This document shows positions 62,354-64,000 of a stretch of DNA of 64,000 bases, piece after piece (within the stretch, counting starts at the first letter, position 1; each line of letters opens with the position of its first letter). A program made the translations under genes and the position numbers. The notes beneath the pieces were generated by a model. It was not told where the DNA came from, did not search any database, and was given only the letters and a program-made list of their open reading frames with translations. Source of the DNA: an uncultured Candidatus Binatia bacterium (GTDB lineage Bacteria; Desulfobacterota; Binatia; UBA9968; JAJDTQ01). Location: the NCBI GenBank assembly GCA_965242525.1, contig OZ251459.1:2336001-2400000 (forward strand). Reading direction: 5' to 3'.

Positions 62354-64000
62354 TCAAAGCGAAGATCCCTCGCCGTCCTCCAGGAGAACGTCGATCAGAT
62401 CCGCTCGGCGGAAGGTTGCCGAAAGGCGTTGCAAGGTCCGCTCTCGTGTGCGGAACATCGGTCGAAGTGCGTCTTCGATCCGTTGCTCGGCGCGAGACAC
62501 GTAGCTGTCCGACCTTTGCTCTACGAGGCCGCGCGCCTGGGTGAAATTGCGGTGGTCGAGACGATCGAGGGGAATGCCCATCTCTTCCAGGAGGTAGCGG
62601 CCCATGAGCATGGCGATGAAACGGGAACCGTAGGCCAGGAAGTCGGGCGCGTCTTGCGGAGGCCGCTTGCGGCGATTTTCCGCATGTCTGAGCAACAGCG
62701 ACGCGACGACGGCCTGTGCTCCGTTCAGGTCCTTACAGAAGATCGTGTCGTACAGCGCGCCGAAATGTTCCCGGCCGCTGAATCGCGCCTGGTGGGGCCG
62801 CTGACGCCAGACCGCCAAGACGGCTTCGGCAACGACGGCGCTCGTAAACTCATCGGGCGACGCCGTCCGCTCGTCACGTTTGGCGCGGTACGTATATCCC
62901 AATCCGGCGATGGAGGTGGCAAGGGCCTTTTGGCGGGGTTCGTTTGCCTTCAAGTCCCTCAAATCGACAGGGTTCTGGCTGTTGGTGGCGAAGGTGATGG
63001 CATCGACGACCTCGGTGTCTTCCTGCTGAAGCTCGTATATGCGGACCAGCACCTCCGCCCCTTCGATTTCCGCTCCGACCTCTTCATGTATCCGTTGCAC
63101 GGTGCGGGCCGTCTGTCCGCCGTTCACGATTTGCAGGTCGTTTACCTGGACGGTCCAGTTGTCCCGTTGCAGCGCGTTGTGGCGAAACTGGGAGCAGGTA
63201 ATGGTAATCCCGTTGTTGTAGAAATAGAAATTGGACCGTTGCGCCGGATCGCGCAGGGTCGCTGCTACCGCCTCGTTTACACGGTTGCCGGCTAAGCCCA
63301 GGTAACGGCGGATGTTCCTCTCGAAGAGGTGGTTGTCGTAGTCGTTGGCCAGCCGCGCAAGTTCGCCCACCGACATGCGTCCGATCAATACACGTCGAAA
63401 GTCGAAGGTCTCGACGGCGGCTTGTCCGATGAGCCTCAGTTCGGTGTTGATGGGTTGTCGCGCCTGCAACAGGGCCAGAAGCTCCTCCGGTCCGACGTAC
63501 CGCCATCCGACCTGTCCGTTGAAATCCCTGGCGGCATTGTCGATGCGCTGCTGTGCCTCCGCGGTCCATCGCGTCCCGTTGTTCGCCGCGACCGCGGTAA
63601 CCCGTGGAATTGCGCCTTCCTTGACGAACGAACGGATGTCCTCGACGCGCTGCTCCAGCCGCGGGTTCAACCGCACGGGCAACGTCGGATCGAAAAGGGC
63701 GCCGATGGCGGCGACCATATTGACGATGGCGTTCTCCGGGAACGCGGAATCCCCGCTGAGGGCGGTTCTATATTTCCCCTGGATCAGGATGACGTGAAGC
63801 TCGCCGTCGTCAGGCGGTTCGAAGTAAAGCGCATCGACCCCGAAATCGTTGCCCCCATCGACAATCCCGTCGAACGCTTCCTCGTCAGTGAGGTCGAAAG
63901 CCGTTCTGGCGACAAGGAGCAAAAAGGCCGCCGTGCGTTTCTTCCGTTCGTCGTTCCCCAACCGAAGCTCCCCGGCCAGGACACCCGAATGTTTCTCCAC
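62354..64000 (-). CDS. AIPR (abortive infection phage resistance) family protein, 5' partial
   Basis: DGGNDFGVDA, LFERNIRRYLG, FYFYNNGITI, QIVNGGQT, ATNSQNPV. Confidence 0.92.
   Translation of the reverse strand: MEKHSGVLAGELRLGNDERKKRTAAFLLLVARTAFDLTDEEAFDGIVDGGNDFGVDALYFEPPDDGELHVILIQGKYRTALSGDSAFPENAIVNMVAAIGALFDPTLPVRLNPRLEQRVEDIRSFVKEGAIPRVTAVAANNGTRWTAEAQQRIDNAARDFNGQVGWRYVGPEELLALLQARQPINTELRLIGQAAVETFDFRRVLIGRMSVGELARLANDYDNHLFERNIRRYLGLAGNRVNEAVAATLRDPAQRSNFYFYNNGITITCSQFRHNALQRDNWTVQVNDLQIVNGGQTARTVQRIHEEVGAEIEGAEVLVRIYELQQEDTEVVDAITFATNSQNPVDLRDLKANEPRQKALATSIAGLGYTYRAKRDERTASPDEFTSAVVAEAVLAVWRQRPHQARFSGREHFGALYDTIFCKDLNGAQAVVASLLLRHAENRRKRPPQDAPDFLAYGSRFIAMLMGRYLLEEMGIPLDRLDHRNFTQARGLVEQRSDSYVSRAEQRIEDALRPMFRTRERTLQRLSATFRRADLIDVLLEDGEGSSL

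Overview
High-GC bacterial window; the gene set suggests a Deltaproteobacteria/Binatia-like organism (inference only). No rRNA, tRNA or CRISPR array was seen. In order: a MoxR/DUF58/multi-VWA operon; greA; an oligopeptide ABC ATPase pair; a Panacea antitoxin islet; an uncharacterised 7-gene operon built around a GlmL-like ASKHA ATPase, a DUF6754 protein and membrane proteins, with no glutamate mutase; yejAB plus a yejE-yejF fusion; LolB-like and TPR lipoproteins; ligA; rsmI; a split NAD synthetase; amgK-murU; an accessory region at 39-47.5 kb; catabolic enzymes; ridA; an HNH nuclease; and a type I RM HsdR/AIPR defence region. The best candidate for a new system is an apparent porin shufflon. 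An intact Cre-like tyrosine recombinase (39398-40351) lies beside a start-less but open porin 3' cassette (40579-41748, +). That cassette is inverted relative to a full-length paralogous porin gene (46078-47469, -). Their homology begins exactly at an 11-6-11 palindromic site (40566-40593), whose spacer and one arm recur inside the full gene (47155-47171). Inverting the ~6.6 kb between the sites would swap the loop-variable barrel behind a constant 100-aa N-terminus. The window also holds about 13 copies of a modular REP/MITE family, one inserted in frame in a signal peptide, and several membrane-anchored coiled-coil proteins built from tandem repeats.
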